Shown here in pieces: positions 14,164 through 27,959 of a stretch of DNA of 64,000 nucleotides; the first letter of the stretch is position 1, and each line of letters opens with the position of its first letter. The position numbers were made by a program, and so were the translations under genes. Origin of the DNA: Eledone cirrhosa (Eukaryota); contig OZ024740.1 of assembly GCA_964016885.1 (NCBI GenBank), positions 62,186,001 through 62,250,000 of the forward strand, given 5' to 3'. The notes beneath the pieces were generated by a model, which saw only the letters and a list, made by a program, of their open reading frames with translations, had not been told where the DNA came from and did not search any database.

Positions 14164-14651
14164 TAAGGATTTTTTAATGCTTATTTGTAATATTTTCTTA
14201 GTATAATTTTGTAAAATTATGAGCTGGGCAAACGGAATGATATTTTGAAATGCAATACAAATGGGAGTGGTTAATGCTAACTGCTATGTGGAAACTACTA
14301 AACATTGCTTAGCTTTCATTTGCTTCATTTTATGAAAAAGTCTTGAAAGAAAGCATTGCAGCTTAAATAGGTTAAACATATTCTACAGTATTTCTGTATT
14401 TTCTTTCATTTTTTTCCCCTCATATTTCAAATTGAGTTCTTTATTCTTATGTAATTGTGTTTTCTTTTTGAGATCACTTTTAAAATGGACTTTGTATGTA
14501 GCAGAACTTGAATCCATAGAGTATTCTAGCAACGATGGTAACAGAAAATGCTTGGTGGAATGTAAAAGTAGTACCACTAAAACTTAGGATATAATTTTTT
14601 ATAAACTGTCTGAAATTAATTGCCACTGGTTCTTCAATACAAAACTCTGCT

Positions 14652-14859
14652 TTAACCCTTTAGCATTTAAACCGGCCGTATCTGACCAGAATTCTCTCGC
14701 CTCTTTCTTTTCAAACCAGCTGTAACTCACTCGCCACTCATACCAATGTTAAGGTATTGTTCTTAAAATAAATAATATCAAAATCTCATAGATTCGATAT
14801 TATGTAAGGTAAAGTACATATATAGTACATATAGAATAATGTAAATGCTAAAAGGTTAA
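14652..14859 (+). mobile_element. piggyBac-type MITE family 1
   Basis: TTAA|CCCTTTAGCATTTA ... TAAATGCTAAAAGG|TTAA, i.e. a 14-bp TIR with a TTAA target-site duplication. Confidence 0.88.
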
Positions 14860-15194
14860 AGTATTTAAATTTATCTTTTAAAAATTTCTATCATAATTTT
14901 ATGTAAGAACTTTTGTTAAGTTTTTATCCAAACACCAGCTTAATAATGAAAAGATTTATTATAATACTGAATCCCTCCAAATTCTTGATTAATTTTTAAA
15001 TGATTTGAAAATCATATCCAGTGTTTTTCATTATAAATACAGTAATGAAAGAATTTAGAGAAGATAGGAAGATGACTGGTAGCTCTGTAACAGGGTTATA
15101 GTGTTATATTTGGGTGCTAAGTATGTCTTAAGTTCATGTTGTTAAATATTAGAGGCTAAAGTAGATGCAAAATGCCTTGTCTCTCTCCTCTCTT

Positions 15195-15540
15195 TAATAT
15201 GGTCATGGTAGCAAAGTCATCAGACATGCCTTCCAGAGGGTCCTACCAGAAGCAACCATTTTCAAATGATACAGCTGCACCCCCAAGGCCAACTGAGTTG
15301 ATGGATATTATTCAACCATTTTTCTCGTGGTTTACTTCTCTCTCTCAAGCCTGTTGGCTTTACCCATAAAATCTGTTCAGTGATTCTTTTCTTAGACATT
15401 CTATCCATATCTGTGTACCTGAGCTGTCATCTCTTGATGTGAAAAAGTAGCAAAACAACCGAGAGCCACTACCTGATCTCTGTTTCACCATCTTGTATTT
15501 GTGATTGTATTCTTTTGGTCTTTAGCCAAGGTTCATTGAC
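15195..15540 (-). mobile_element. Expander/Rex3-like RTE LINE 3' relic
   Basis: Homologous to 46250-46700 and 50190-50640. A short + strand endonuclease remnant (VKREAELSTDDHLVICNLR) follows at about 15685-15745. Confidence 0.6.
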
Positions 15541-16132
15541 TTCTGTTCTAGTAATGGGCTCTCTATTATGAACACCTTTTCCCAGCATAAAAATATCCAT
15601 AAGTATAGATGGTATTAGGTCAGTAATTGATTTTTTTAAATTTTTTTTATTGCTTTCAACTCTGATTCTTTGCTGAATTTTCCTGTTAAGAGAGAGGCTG
15701 AGCTGTCAACTGATGACCATCTTGTTATCTGCAACCTGAGACTACCTAGTGTCTTAATAATATAACATCATAAATCATTCCTGATATATAACTCACCAAG
15801 TAGAATTATTGTGACTGAGAAATCTTATAAAAGAAAATATCTGTAATGGACAAAATATTGTGATGTGTCCATGTTCTGTGGAATAAGACAAATGAATACA
15901 ATTGAATGATGATTTATTCATATGGTTGTTATACATTTAAATTATATTGTAAAGTGCATGGCATATACTGAATGCGTCACTAGACATAGAAACCAACAAA
16001 CTGATATTTTCAGCTGTTGCAGCAAAGGAAGGGCAGAATAATGCCTCACTGTTCTAGTACTAAGCAATTTATTCCCTAAGTTCAAATTCTAATGAAATCA
16101 ACATCAGTCTTCTTAAATTTTATCCCATGAAA

Positions 16133-16485
16133 TGCAGGCATGACCATGTTTCGCAAACAATATGGTATTCATTTTTTTTTTAAATCTCACTGCATGACAC
16201 TTTGAACAAGTGACTTCAACTGCCACCTTGGGCCTTGTGAGGCCTTGTGAGTAGATTAGGTAGACAAAAACTGTTTAAAGCCTGTCATGTGTGTGGCATT
16301 CATCACAAATGTCATCTCAATGTCGCTTATAAAACTTATGGTGATGTCCTGCAGTTTGACAAGTGCCAACGGCATGTATCATACTTAGAATAAGGTATGA
16401 ATTGGTGTCAGAAAAAAAAATGCTAGAAAAGGATCTCATTCAACTCCTGCAAGCATGGAAAAACACACATTAAAAAATGATGAGA
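16133..16485 (+). mobile_element. Degenerate CORE-SINE with an RTE-like 3' tail
   Basis: CORE-like CACTTTGAACAAGTG and CCTTGTGAGTAGATT. 3' end TGCAAGCATGGAAAA...ATTAAA..TGATGA resembles the RTE tail. A similar copy lies at 18355-18770. Confidence 0.5.
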
Positions 16486-17466
16486 AAGAAGATATGTTTA
16501 ACATTCCAGAACCATTCATCAGAGCAAGATGAAATGTTTAATGTATGAAGGTTTGCAGTGGACAAGGCAACCTTTCTAATGTTGGTGCTACAATAAAAAT
16601 GCTGCTACTACACTCTGTAAAGTGGTTGATGTTATGAAGGGCATCTAATTGTAGAAATCATGCCAAAAACTGAAATGTATGAACGAAATACAATCCTCTG
16701 ATCCATCTATGAGGGCAGTAACAATTAACTAGGATTGTTATCACTCACTTAATCCATGCCAGCATGGAAGACAGACACAAAATGAGGATGATTACAAAAA
16801 TGTTTCCAGCTTAATAGAGTCTAAGACTGATAAAATACACCTGACTGGAAAATACTTTTCACATATTTGGAACAGTGCAGCTACCCACCCACACACGCAA
16901 GCATGCATGCACCCCTTCCCCATCTTTGATCACATGGGTCCTATTCAATTTATGTTCAGTTAGGATTTTCTCCATAAAGATAATAAATAATAATCAAAAT
17001 CCATTATTGAGGAGAATTATTCCCATGTTAAAAGATTTTACTTTATATTATAAAATAATTATATTAGATTCTGTCAGAGCTAATATAATCAAATTCCTTT
17101 AAAACCTTAGAGTATACTGTTGTTTTTATGATGGAGGTATGTAAATGTATCTTTTTAGTTAATCAAATATGATACAGACATTAATTATTATTTTTGTCTT
17201 TAACTTTCCTTAATTTTGCAAATTATTGTTATTTATTTTGTGGCTTGCCTTGAAATTTGAAAATAAGCAAACACTGATTTGATATTTAATTAATTTACAA
17301 ATGAAAACCATGTTAGTTCTAATTAATCATAACAAAGTGATAAACTGTTTAGAAAACAAAACAAAACCCTGTTGTAATTTTATGAAGGTAGATTGTTCAA
17401 GTGGAGTGGATTGGCAGCTGTTAAAGAGCTGAAAGTTGATCTTTGCAAAATGGATTAGTTTTTTTA

Positions 17467-17502
<36 letters not shown>

Positions 17503-19495
17503 TAAAAAAAACAAAAAACAATTGAAGTTCAAGCAAAGTAAAACATTTGATAACTCAAAAAAGATAGTTTCCTAGAAAATCTAGAACGAGAGGGAAGGGT
17601 TTTGTCAAATGAGGATAGAATTTTAATTAGCATCAAGTAAAATATTTTCATGATCATCAACTATCAGATTACCAATCTTCAAACCTCAAACTAAGAATGA
17701 TCTTTCCCATTACTGACACTATCGGGTAGTCACAACTCTTGGTACAAACAAGTGTTACCATTTTAGTATGGTAACAGGGGGCAGAATTTGAATTCAGAAT
17801 GCTCAGCTGGAAGAGATACTGCAAACCATGCTGTACAATGCTCTAACAAAACTGCTAATCCACTACACTAGGGACTGGTATTTTATCTATCAACCCCCAA
17901 AAAGATGAAAAGCAAATTTGTATTCAGTGGGATTTGAAGTGCAGAGAACTGGAAAAAATACTGCAAAGCATTCTGTGCAATGCTTTAACTCTGCTAATTT
18001 GCTACTTTAAATAACACAAAAAAGATAGTTTCACAGAAAATGTATATTTTTTCTCATGAAATGAGAATTTTAATCATTGTTCTCATCACCATCATCCATT
18101 AGAAGTAAATCTTTTCATAGCATTACAAAAAAGCTGGTTTCACACAAAATCTAATGTTTTTTCTAGTGAAATAAGGATAATATTTCAAATATCATCATTA
18201 CCATTAGTTGAAAGTAAAATATTTTTACAAGCAACATCACTTACTACATCCAGATAACTTTTAAATACTTAAAAATGAATTTTTTTTCTACAAATTTGAA
18301 GACTAAGAATACTTATAGTAAGCTTTTTGAATTAGTGATTTAAGAGAACATTTTAGAGGCATAAGCATAAATTAAGATAGTCATTTTGGAACCATATGAT
18401 TTCAGGTTCAGTCTCATTGCATGACACCTTGGGCAACCAAAATTTTATGAGTGAATTTGGTAGACTTGTATGTATAAGGAAACTTGTATGTATGAATGTG
18501 TGTGTATAGGAAGGAGTGTATGTGTGTATGCCGGTTTTCACAAATGTCACATCAACACTGGAATATCATATGTAGTGATAGTTGCTTATGTTCCCCATAA
18601 TCAGTATGTTCATTAACCTAGTGGTTCAATTAACATCAGCAGTTTATATCATAGTTAAAATGAGGTATGGGTTGGCATCAGGAAGAGCATCAAATCCAGC
18701 TGTAGAAAGCCTTGCCAGAAAAAAGAACTTGTCCAACACATGCAAACAGATGTAAAATTGACGATTTTATACCATGTTCAATTGAAGGCATGTTCAATTG
18801 AAGGTATGTTAGATTTTAGATAAGCCACTGTCTACTGATGCAATAGTAGTTAGTGAATTATCTAAAATCAGTTATAAGCATTATAGGCAGTCTTTCATTA
18901 GAGCTAAGGTAACAAAAGTGTTAAAAAACTGAGAAGCATCATATGATGCAAAATAAATATCTTTTAAAATTGATTCATTTTTTGCAATATCAATATTAAA
19001 AAACAAAACAAAACATGTTTTAGGTAGATATGTGTGGGGGTGAGGGGTTTACTTTTCCTCATTTAAAGATATTTTTGTTTCTTGCCGTGTGTTACTAGAT
19101 TTTTGAATACATGAAGAGAATGTAGTAATTAAGAAATTAACATGAAAAACTTTTGCAAAATAATTTGTGTATGGCCTTCAGTGATACAAATAGTTTAAAG
19201 TTGTATTTTCTAATGTTTAATAATTGTGTGTGTACACACATGTACATGCAGACTTAATGCTGGCTACTTTACCAACTGTGGTTATTTACATGCAATTATG
19301 CACACTGTATGGATTGGCTTTCATATACCCTTTACATCTGCAGCCACATATAAATTCTTTTCAAAAAAGAATATATATCATCATCGTTATATATATATGT
19401 ATAAGAAAATCATGGTAACCTGACCTAGTATTGCCTATAACTCATCTAACCAATGGAAGAATGGATGTAAAACAGTGATGATGATGATATATGTA

Positions 19496-19699
19496 GGGTG
19501 GTGGATTAGCAGTATTGTTAAAGCGTTGGACAACATTCTTTGTGGCATGTTGTTACGGCCCTTTACATTCCGGTTTCAAATCCTGCCGAGGTTAGCTTTG
19601 CCTTTCATCCTTACATGGTCGATAAAATAAAGTATCAGTAATGCACTTTTCCCCTTCTCTTTAAATTACTGGCTTTGTGCCAAATGTAGAAACTATTAT
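19496..19699 (+). mobile_element. tRNA-derived SINE (55357 family)
   Basis: GGTGGATTAGCAGTA...TTCAAATCCTGCCGAGGT...GCCTTTCATCC...GTCGATAAAATAAAGTA...GTAGAAAC. Confidence 0.85.
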
Positions 19700-19717
19700 A
19701 CATGAGTATACTTTTAC

Positions 19718-19833
19718 ATAATTGTTTCTACTTTTGGCACAAGGCCAGCAATTATCCCAGTGTATTACTGGTACTTTATTTTATCGACCCCCGTAAGGAT
19801 GAAAGGCAAAGTTAACCTCAGCGGGATTTGAAT
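19718..19833 (-). mobile_element. tRNA-derived SINE 3' half, inverted
   Basis: Reverse complement of about 55432-55547. Confidence 0.85.
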
Positions 19834-20039
19834 TTGGCTGCTGATGTAAAATATATGTGGAAGTCAATCTATGTTATGTGTAACACCATACACAATGAGA
19901 GAGACTATAAAGAATTATATATTAAATTGTGACATAAAGAATTTAGTATTTCAATTTATTTATGTATTGCTTTGGTTTTGTTGTTTATCCTAACAATTTC
20001 AAGTTTCTTTATTTTTTTAATCTTTTGAAGTCTTTTAGT

Positions 20040-20239
20040 GCATGAAACTACATTAGCAAGCATTTTTGCAAAGTACAAAACAGCAGTATGACTGTATCTC
20101 ATTAGAAATTAAAATCATTACTCTAATACTGAAAATTTTCAAAACAATTTGACCACCTGTAACGATACTATAAACATTTGAATTAACAAAACTGTTTTAG
20201 ATATTTTCTGCTAACTTATTACAGGATGTTAAGAATTAA
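20040..20239 (+). mobile_element. MITE family 2, degenerate copy
   Basis: Homologous to 34623-34834. Right terminus TACAGGATGTTAAGAATTAA. Confidence 0.6.
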
Positions 20240-22049
20240 TAGTTTTAGTCTGTAGTGTGTAGCCAATGCTAGGGTTTTAGTGAATTATATCAATTCAGTA
20301 CTTTGTCTTATACTTAATCTATCAACCTCAGAAGGAGAAAAAGCAAAGTTAATCTACCATATTTCTAATGAAAGACACTACCAATGATTATCAAATCATT
20401 TTGAAAATAACCAGCTATTTAGAGGGATTAAATAATGTAATTAATTTTCTCAGCATTAAGCTGGTGTTTAACAAAACAAATTTTCTTACATAGAATTAAA
20501 GATGAATAAACATTAGATAAACATAAGCACTTCAAAATGAAGCTTTGTAATGTAGAACCAAAAGTGGTTTCAGGCAGTTAGATATCAAAAAGGTCAATAA
20601 TATACGATCATGTTGAAGGAAGATGCAGTTCTTACTGGTGTAAAATCAACATTTATTTTTCAAATGTAGTTCCAGAAATTTGACCTCTGCCAATCTATTA
20701 TCCTGGAAACAAATGTTTTAGTGGAAAAATAAAAAAAACAAACACACTTTCTTCCCTCAAATTTCCTGTTTTCTTGTATCTTATTTGTCATATTTCATTT
20801 ACAACAGTCACTTTTATTATTTTACAACAATATAGAGCACTTAAGTGACAACTTTAATTCTTTTAAAAACCAAATTTTGTTATCACTGTCAATATGGCTT
20901 ATACAATACAAATCCAGACATGTTTTACTGAAGCTGAGAATTTGATTTAAAGCGTTACCACTTGTCAGTGTTGATAAGTATCAACATAAGTTATATAATT
21001 AAAATTAACCTCATTTCCTCTTCATCTAATCTACTAATCTCTACATTGTCTAATCCAGTTATCATCATCTTCGGTGTAAGTGTAGTCTTATCACATTAAA
21101 CTAAGTTAGATTCACCATGTTCATGTTTTACATTAGTGTTTTATGGTTTTGCTTGCAACTTAATCAGCTAGATAGACAACACATTTTTCAGCCCTGTTTT
21201 TTCTAAGTGGATGTCTTGAATATTATTCATGTATTACACTATCAGGAAATGTATTAATCTTATATTTACCACATATATTTGTGTAAATTCACACCAACTG
21301 ATAAATCATACCTTCAATTTACATACAACATTTATCATACACACAACAAGCATTTTCAAACCATTTTCCCTGTTTAAAACAGGCCACACAGCAGGCTTCA
21401 TACTCACCATATGATCCTTCATGAGGCATTGTTGTATGACTGGATGCCATTTTAGTCACATCCTATAGCATGCAGGGTTACAGTGTACCTATTCTAAACT
21501 GGATATACACAGCATACGTACAATATTTGCAATGTACCATGTATTTTGAATTGAGGTTTTGTAGGTCTAGTTAACAAATCATATACTTGTTTTTCACATT
21601 GTACCTTTGTAGAAAAAATTGTAACCTATACAGAAGTATATATAGTAATTATAATATTGGTGTATTTGAAAACTCTATTAGTTTCAAGAGATTAAGAAGT
21701 TGCTTATATACTCGGTTTTATATTTTTAGAAGTTTTCCTTATTTGTTAATATACTTCCAAAGAAATATCTAACTTGTAGGTATTAGATACTGGAGAGGTG
21801 TTAAGCAAAATATTCAGCCTTTTGATATCCATTTTCAGTTGTATACTAATATGTTAAGAAAGACAAGGGACATAGTTACTAATATTTTTTTACATAAATG
21901 AAATAAAAAGGGAGTAAATTCAAGTGACTACCAAATTATGCATACTGCATTATGTGTACGAGAGAGGTAGATATGTAAATATACCAGAAAATGCAAATTG
22001 TAATGTGTATGTGTGTGTATTTATTACTAAGGTTACCACACATAGGTAC

Positions 22050-22365
22050 TGGCAGCATGGCTTTGTGGTTAAGGAATTTTTGTGTTGCAATTATGTGATT
22101 TGTGGCTCTGTCCCACTGCATGGCACCTTGGACAAATGTCAAATGTTGACTAATGCCTTGTGAGTAAAATTTAGTCAACAGAAACTGTGTGGAAACCTGC
22201 CATGTGTATGTGTGAGTCTGTCTGTTTATGACCCATAGCTTTATGTTGTTCAACAAAAAGTATCAGACTTAAAAAAGAAAATAAGTACTGGGGTCTATGC
22301 GATAGACTAAATCCTTTCAAGGCAGTGCCCTAGCATGGCCACTGTCTAATAAGCGAAACCAGTTA
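22050..22365 (+). mobile_element. tRNA/CORE SINE (cephalopod OR-like)
   Basis: A-box TGGCTTTGTGGTTAAG, CORE CACCTTGGACAAATGTC, tail TAAGTACTGGGGTC...TTCAAGGCAGTGCCCTAGCATGGCCAC. Confidence 0.6.
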
Positions 22366-22709
22366 AGCAATAAAAGGATACACATATCTCACTCCCTTAC
22401 ATTGTGTTGCTATCCCTCTGAGTATACAATGAGCTGCTAATTCCTTCCATTTCCGGGATCTTGAGTAGTTCTCAAGAAGATATCATCTAGCCTGACTCTT
22501 ATCTTGTTTCAGCATGCTAATCCCCCACCTATATATATACAAAACGAAATTTAAAAAAAATGTAGTTTCACAATTAACTCCTGTGGGAAAATGGAAGATT
22601 TCTTTGATAATTGTCTTCTATAATTGAAAAAGCATCTTTTTCCCCTTTTACATGTAATCTTGTTGTTAAAATTAGAGAATAATTCTCCAAATAACATCAC
22701 TGCTTATCT

Positions 22710-22712
<3 letters not shown>

Positions 22713-22747
<35 letters not shown>
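22713..22747. repeat. (CT)n microsatellite
   Basis: Read directly from the sequence. Confidence 0.95.
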
Positions 22748-22752
<5 letters not shown>

Positions 22753-22916
22753 ATCATTCAGCTTTAATATTTACTTCCATCCAATAAAATAAAAAGTAAA
22801 ATCCCTTTTATTCCTTGAAAACACTCTAAAAAATAAATGTTTTGTAATTTATTATATCAATTTTTCAAGAACTTGATTTTTAAGGAATAAGAATTACTGG
22901 AAACCTTTAGGCAAGT

Positions 22917-23990
22917 TATCTTTAATGACATCCTCTTTCTGTGGTGCCATGAAGGAGCTGCCATTATTTCATAAAAGATTCTCACTGCTTCTGACATAAA
23001 CTTATGTCAGGAAGAGAGAGACTTATGAAATATCTTCTAGATAGAAATCCATAGTTTAGCGGTAGAACATGGTTTATTCAATATATTTTTGTTAGTCTTA
23101 TCCTTTTTTTTAAATATTTTTTTAAATATGTAACATCTTTTTGTATATATTTCTACTTTTCCGTGTGTAACTTTGTAACAGTGTTTTAACCTTTGCATAC
23201 ATATATAATAACTTACACACATATTTACATAAATATATGCATACACACAGAGAAGACTTTAAGGGAAGGGGTTAGTACAACATTATTTGATAGAATGAAA
23301 TTGACATTATAGTTATATTAAGATACATTTTAAAGAGAGAGAGAGGGAGGGGGTGATATAGTGAGATAACTAATTATACATTGGCTTCAGTCTTTGCTAT
23401 GTTTTCCTACTCTTCTTTCCCTACCTAATGTAATATCCAAGATATAATATCAATTTCATTTTATCAAAAGATTTTGTATTAAACGTTTACGTTCTGTGTA
23501 TTTATGTATGTATATATGTTTTTGTAAGTATGTGTGTGTGGAAAACACAGTTTGGTAATAGTTTATTCTTTTTTTTTTTTTTTGTTACAAACTTCATTAT
23601 TTAAAGCAGTCAAAATAAGATGCAATTTATTAAGAATACAATTTACAAAAGTGTCAAAAAGGAAGAGGAAAAAATAAAAGGAGGAAAACATTTAAAGTGG
23701 GCATGGGAGATAAACTCTACACTCTTTGCTAAATGGTATATCGCAGCTGCTTTGGCCCAAGGAAAGGATGGCAAAAGAATTGCTGCAGAGAACAACCAGT
23801 GATAATAGCTGTACCAGCCATTACACCGTGTAATATGTATCTTTAATGACATCCTCTTTCTAATAAAATTAAGTCTTCCTGTGGTGCCATGAAGGAGCTG
23901 CCATTATTTCATAAAAGATTCTCACTGCTTCTGACATAAACTTATGCCAGGAAGAGAGAGATTTATTATGAAATATCTTCTAGATAGAAA
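22917..23990 (+). repeat. Dispersed direct repeat: 22917-23047 and 23838-23990
   Basis: Two near-identical copies of about 130-150 bp. The first lacks an ~18-bp segment present in the second. Confidence 0.92.
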
Positions 23991-26504
23991 GGCATGTTGT
24001 TCTCATCTTGATTTTGTGAAGGAAAAATGGTAGTCTGGGGGACTGGGGACATCGAAATGTTGACTTGATATATAGTCAACTTCCATGTCTGTTTGTTGTG
24101 GCTGAAGCAATATTAGGTTGACACCGGATATACACAATGCATATTCTTTAGGCCAGCAATTTATCAATGGTTTCTCTAGTCATTTTTGATGACAGCAACA
24201 CATTATAGTTTTATATTAAAGTACAAATATGTAGTGCTTATATTATGAAATATTAACTCCATAAAAATGACCAAAAGATTAACAGCTGCTTCTCTCATTT
24301 CTATATTTAATATGTTACAATTTCAGTTAAGATACATCCAATTGTAGCTAGTTAGGAAGCATAATATCTCATATTTTAATATTTTAGCATTTCTCTCTCT
24401 AGCAGCTGGAAGTAATTGCTTGTATTGAGTAAAATGGTTTAAGATAGTTTAAAGAAACAAAATACAAATCTATAAATCTTCTCTTTGATCATGCTGTAAA
24501 GTTTGATATATATTATATAATTTCCCAAAGTGTTTGGAAATAATTTCTTTATGCTACTAGTTGTGTATGAATGAAATAAATGGAATGTACTTGTGCGCTT
24601 GGTTCATAAAATTAATTTAATCTCATATTTGAATGCTATATTATAGTCTTCAGGTTCATATTTTATTACGTAGGCACTATTTTTAAGGTTTGTTTGTTTC
24701 TTTTTTTGGAGGGTGGTGGGTTAGTATAGAGTGGTCACCTTGTATCTGGCTAAGAGCAGGGAGATGGTGGAGAGAAACAAGCTTCTCTATGTTAACCTAT
24801 TGACTTCATCCACACCCCCACCCCACCTCTCACTAATCTCCTGGTTTTCATTTCATTCCCCATCATCTTTAGCCATGTTTTTTTTGGTCTTCTACTTAAT
24901 TCCACATCCATATCTCAATTTATTACTCAACATAATTTGAAAGCCTTATTGATTACTGAGAGAGTTGGATGGCTATCTTAAACTGCTACCTGACAGCAAG
25001 AAAGAAGAGAACCTGATGGATGTGAGCATGCAAAAAAGGAACACATCAGTACCAACAGACCATTGAACACACACAAATGTGACCCGTTGCAACAAAGTCT
25101 GTCACTCCCACATTGGCCTTTTCAGCCACAAGTAGCACTGATCCAACCAAACAAAACTCTAAATCCAAGATGCAGCCCAGTCAACCATATCCCCCACAGA
25201 CACCAACCCACAAAAGTTCAAGCTGCATTGACTCCACCAATTTGGGAGAGCCTGCCAATGGTTATGGGCACTGCTCCTCTTTCTTCAGCTAAAAATATCT
25301 GACCCAGCACAATGCACTTCCAATCCTTGTGGATCTATAGAGTATGACCTCGAAAAAGATAGATCAAATTACTATTAGACTATAGAATGCTAAACTGATA
25401 AAACTTCCATTATAATTCTATGAAAGATCTTTGGTAGATTATGCTCCATACACCAGGTTAACAATGACTAAGTTATATTACTAATTATTTTTAAAATCAA
25501 TTGAAAATAATAGACAATATATTTCATTAGAAATATGTTAACAAAAGAGTTAAAGAGATTTGTGCAGTAGGAGCAAATTGTATTTTTGTCAAGATCCTCT
25601 ATGTATGCAATATGGTCTCCACAATAAATGATCTCTAATGTATATATTGGGAGATACGAGGTATATTGAACGGTGAGGAGTTTTGTGTGACAAAATCAAT
25701 GATGCTTGTAAGAATATCTGTTCTTGGTAATATCATTATGAAATATTGCATTATGGTGAGAATTTTTGAGCTGAATCAAAAGTAAGGTGAGCCATAAAAA
25801 TCATTCAGGTTCTTGTTCAGAAAGAGGCAGTATTTAAACTCAGAAAGCACAGAGCCAGATCAGACACTGCAAAGCATCCTGTCTGACTCTAACAATTCTG
25901 CCAATCTACCACTCCTGGATGGATACTTATTGACTCTGAAAGGATGAAAGGCAAGGTTGGCCATGGCAGGATTTGAACTCAATGAGCAAGAACAAAAACC
26001 AAGGTATTTAATCCAACACCTCAACTAATGCCAATTTGCTGTCAGTGTGTTGGTTTAACTTATCAAAGAATTGAAGTCAGAAAAATCTGTATGATGGTTG
26101 CCTTTTTTTAAAAACCCTTTGATACCAACCCACCCAAAACTGCCCCTAGTTCTAGAGTGTTCACATCTAAATTAAAACTTTTTAACATAAATTTATATAA
26201 GGCCATTTTGTTGATTAGGCATATAAGGCAGTTTTGTTCCGAATAGTAGTTTGATAAAGAAAAAGTGAGTTATTTTATTACAAATTTCTGAGCATTTTTG
26301 AATTAAAGAGATGTATACATCACACTGAAGTATAGTTAATGGATCAAATAATGTATTCATTTATTGGCCACATAATGAAAGCGGTAAGAGAAACTAGTAT
26401 CAAAGTGCAGTTTAGTTGGGATTATTAGAATGCTGTTTGTGATCATAGTAATCTTCACGTTACCTTTTTTTAATCCTAGCAATAAATATTGAAAGACACT
26501 CTGC

Positions 26505-26537
26505 TTACTACTACTGTTGCTACTGCTGCTGCTGCTG

Positions 26538-26575
<38 letters not shown>
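26505..26575. repeat. Compound (CTG)n/(CTA)n microsatellite
   Basis: Read directly from the sequence. Confidence 0.93.
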
Positions 26576-26576
<1 letters not shown>

Positions 26577-27923
26577 ATAATGAACGGACATATACTAGTA
26601 TGTATGTCTGCAAGTATGCAGGAAGTGGGTAGTTAAGAACACAATATTATGCTGGTAATGTAATCCAGTGGCTTCACAAGTAGTGTAGAGAAAGGCTGAT
26701 GTAGATTCACTACTTTAAATGCAGCACATATGCTGGTATAATTAAACAGTGTGCAACCATGTTGAACACTATAAACTGCTCTAGTTGTCATAGATAAGGT
26801 CTCAACTATTTGTTGTTGAACAGAGATTCTGTTGTTCAAGTGACAAAATTAGTGATGATTGGTGGAGCATCAAAGAGCAAAGTGGTTATTAAAGGAAGTT
26901 TATATTGTATCTTTTCTGGTAAAAAAAAAAAAAGAAGAAATTTTCTGTGTGAATTATCAGTTATAATGTTAGTCAGTGTCAGAAATTTGATTTTATGGTA
27001 GTGAAATATATGTAGTGCAGTCAAAAGGTTTGCTTGGATTGGAGAGGAATTTGATAACACACATGATTAGGTATCTCGGGGTGAAGGTTGTGTGGAGCTA
27101 ATCATGTTGGTGCAGTAAATGGTGATATATATGCTGAGTGAACAAGTGCTGTTTGATTCTTTTACTTTTCTTTTACCAGTTTCAGTTTATAAGACTGGCC
27201 AGTCTTGGGCACCACCTTCAAGGGATTTTAGTCAATCATATCAAACCCAGTACTATTTTTGTTGGAGTTTTTTAAAGTATAATACTTGTTTTATCATTCT
27301 CTATTTCTTGAACTGCTAAGTTATGGAACATAACCAAACAGTAAATATAAAGATAGACATGTGCACACAAATATTTACATGTAAATATATACAATGAACT
27401 TCTGCAAATATATACAAATTCCCTCACAGGGCATTGGTTGACTAGAAAACACTTGCTGGACAACCACATGGTTTCTGTTTCATTCGTTAACCACATGGCT
27501 ATACTTGCACCTATAGATGGTAGTGAAGAACATGTACAGTGCACATGGGTGAAGGTAAATTTGAGATTGATATAATTGAATTAGATCTTCAAAAGTTAAC
27601 TTCACAGTTGAAATAATTGCAAAATATTGGTGGTTGGGGAAAATAATTGCGATAGGCTTACATTTCTAATTAAAATTTGAGTTTGTCTTTTATGAGTGAT
27701 GAGTTTCAAATAAATTTTTATAATTCTTTTTAATATAATTTTCAGAGGAAATTGATATTTGATAAATATCAATTTCTTTCAGATTTTCTTTTAGTTGCAG
27801 ATAAAGGGTGGAACAGTTTCTTTCTTAATTTATTTTATGTCTCTGGCAAAATAGAAAAATAAATTACAAAACGAATCATTGAGAAGGGAATGTTATGTTT
27901 CAGTATTTGTTGACATGACATTT

Positions 27924-27957
<34 letters not shown>

Positions 27958-27959
<2 letters not shown>

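Noticed and set aside
22944-23000. C/D box snoRNA within the direct repeat
   Set aside because: ATGAAGG is not a valid C box and there is no terminal stem. It is kept only as an unexplained duplication.
26580-27110. Possible CR1/L2-group LINE relic on the minus strand
   Set aside because: No diagnostic motif could be read with confidence.
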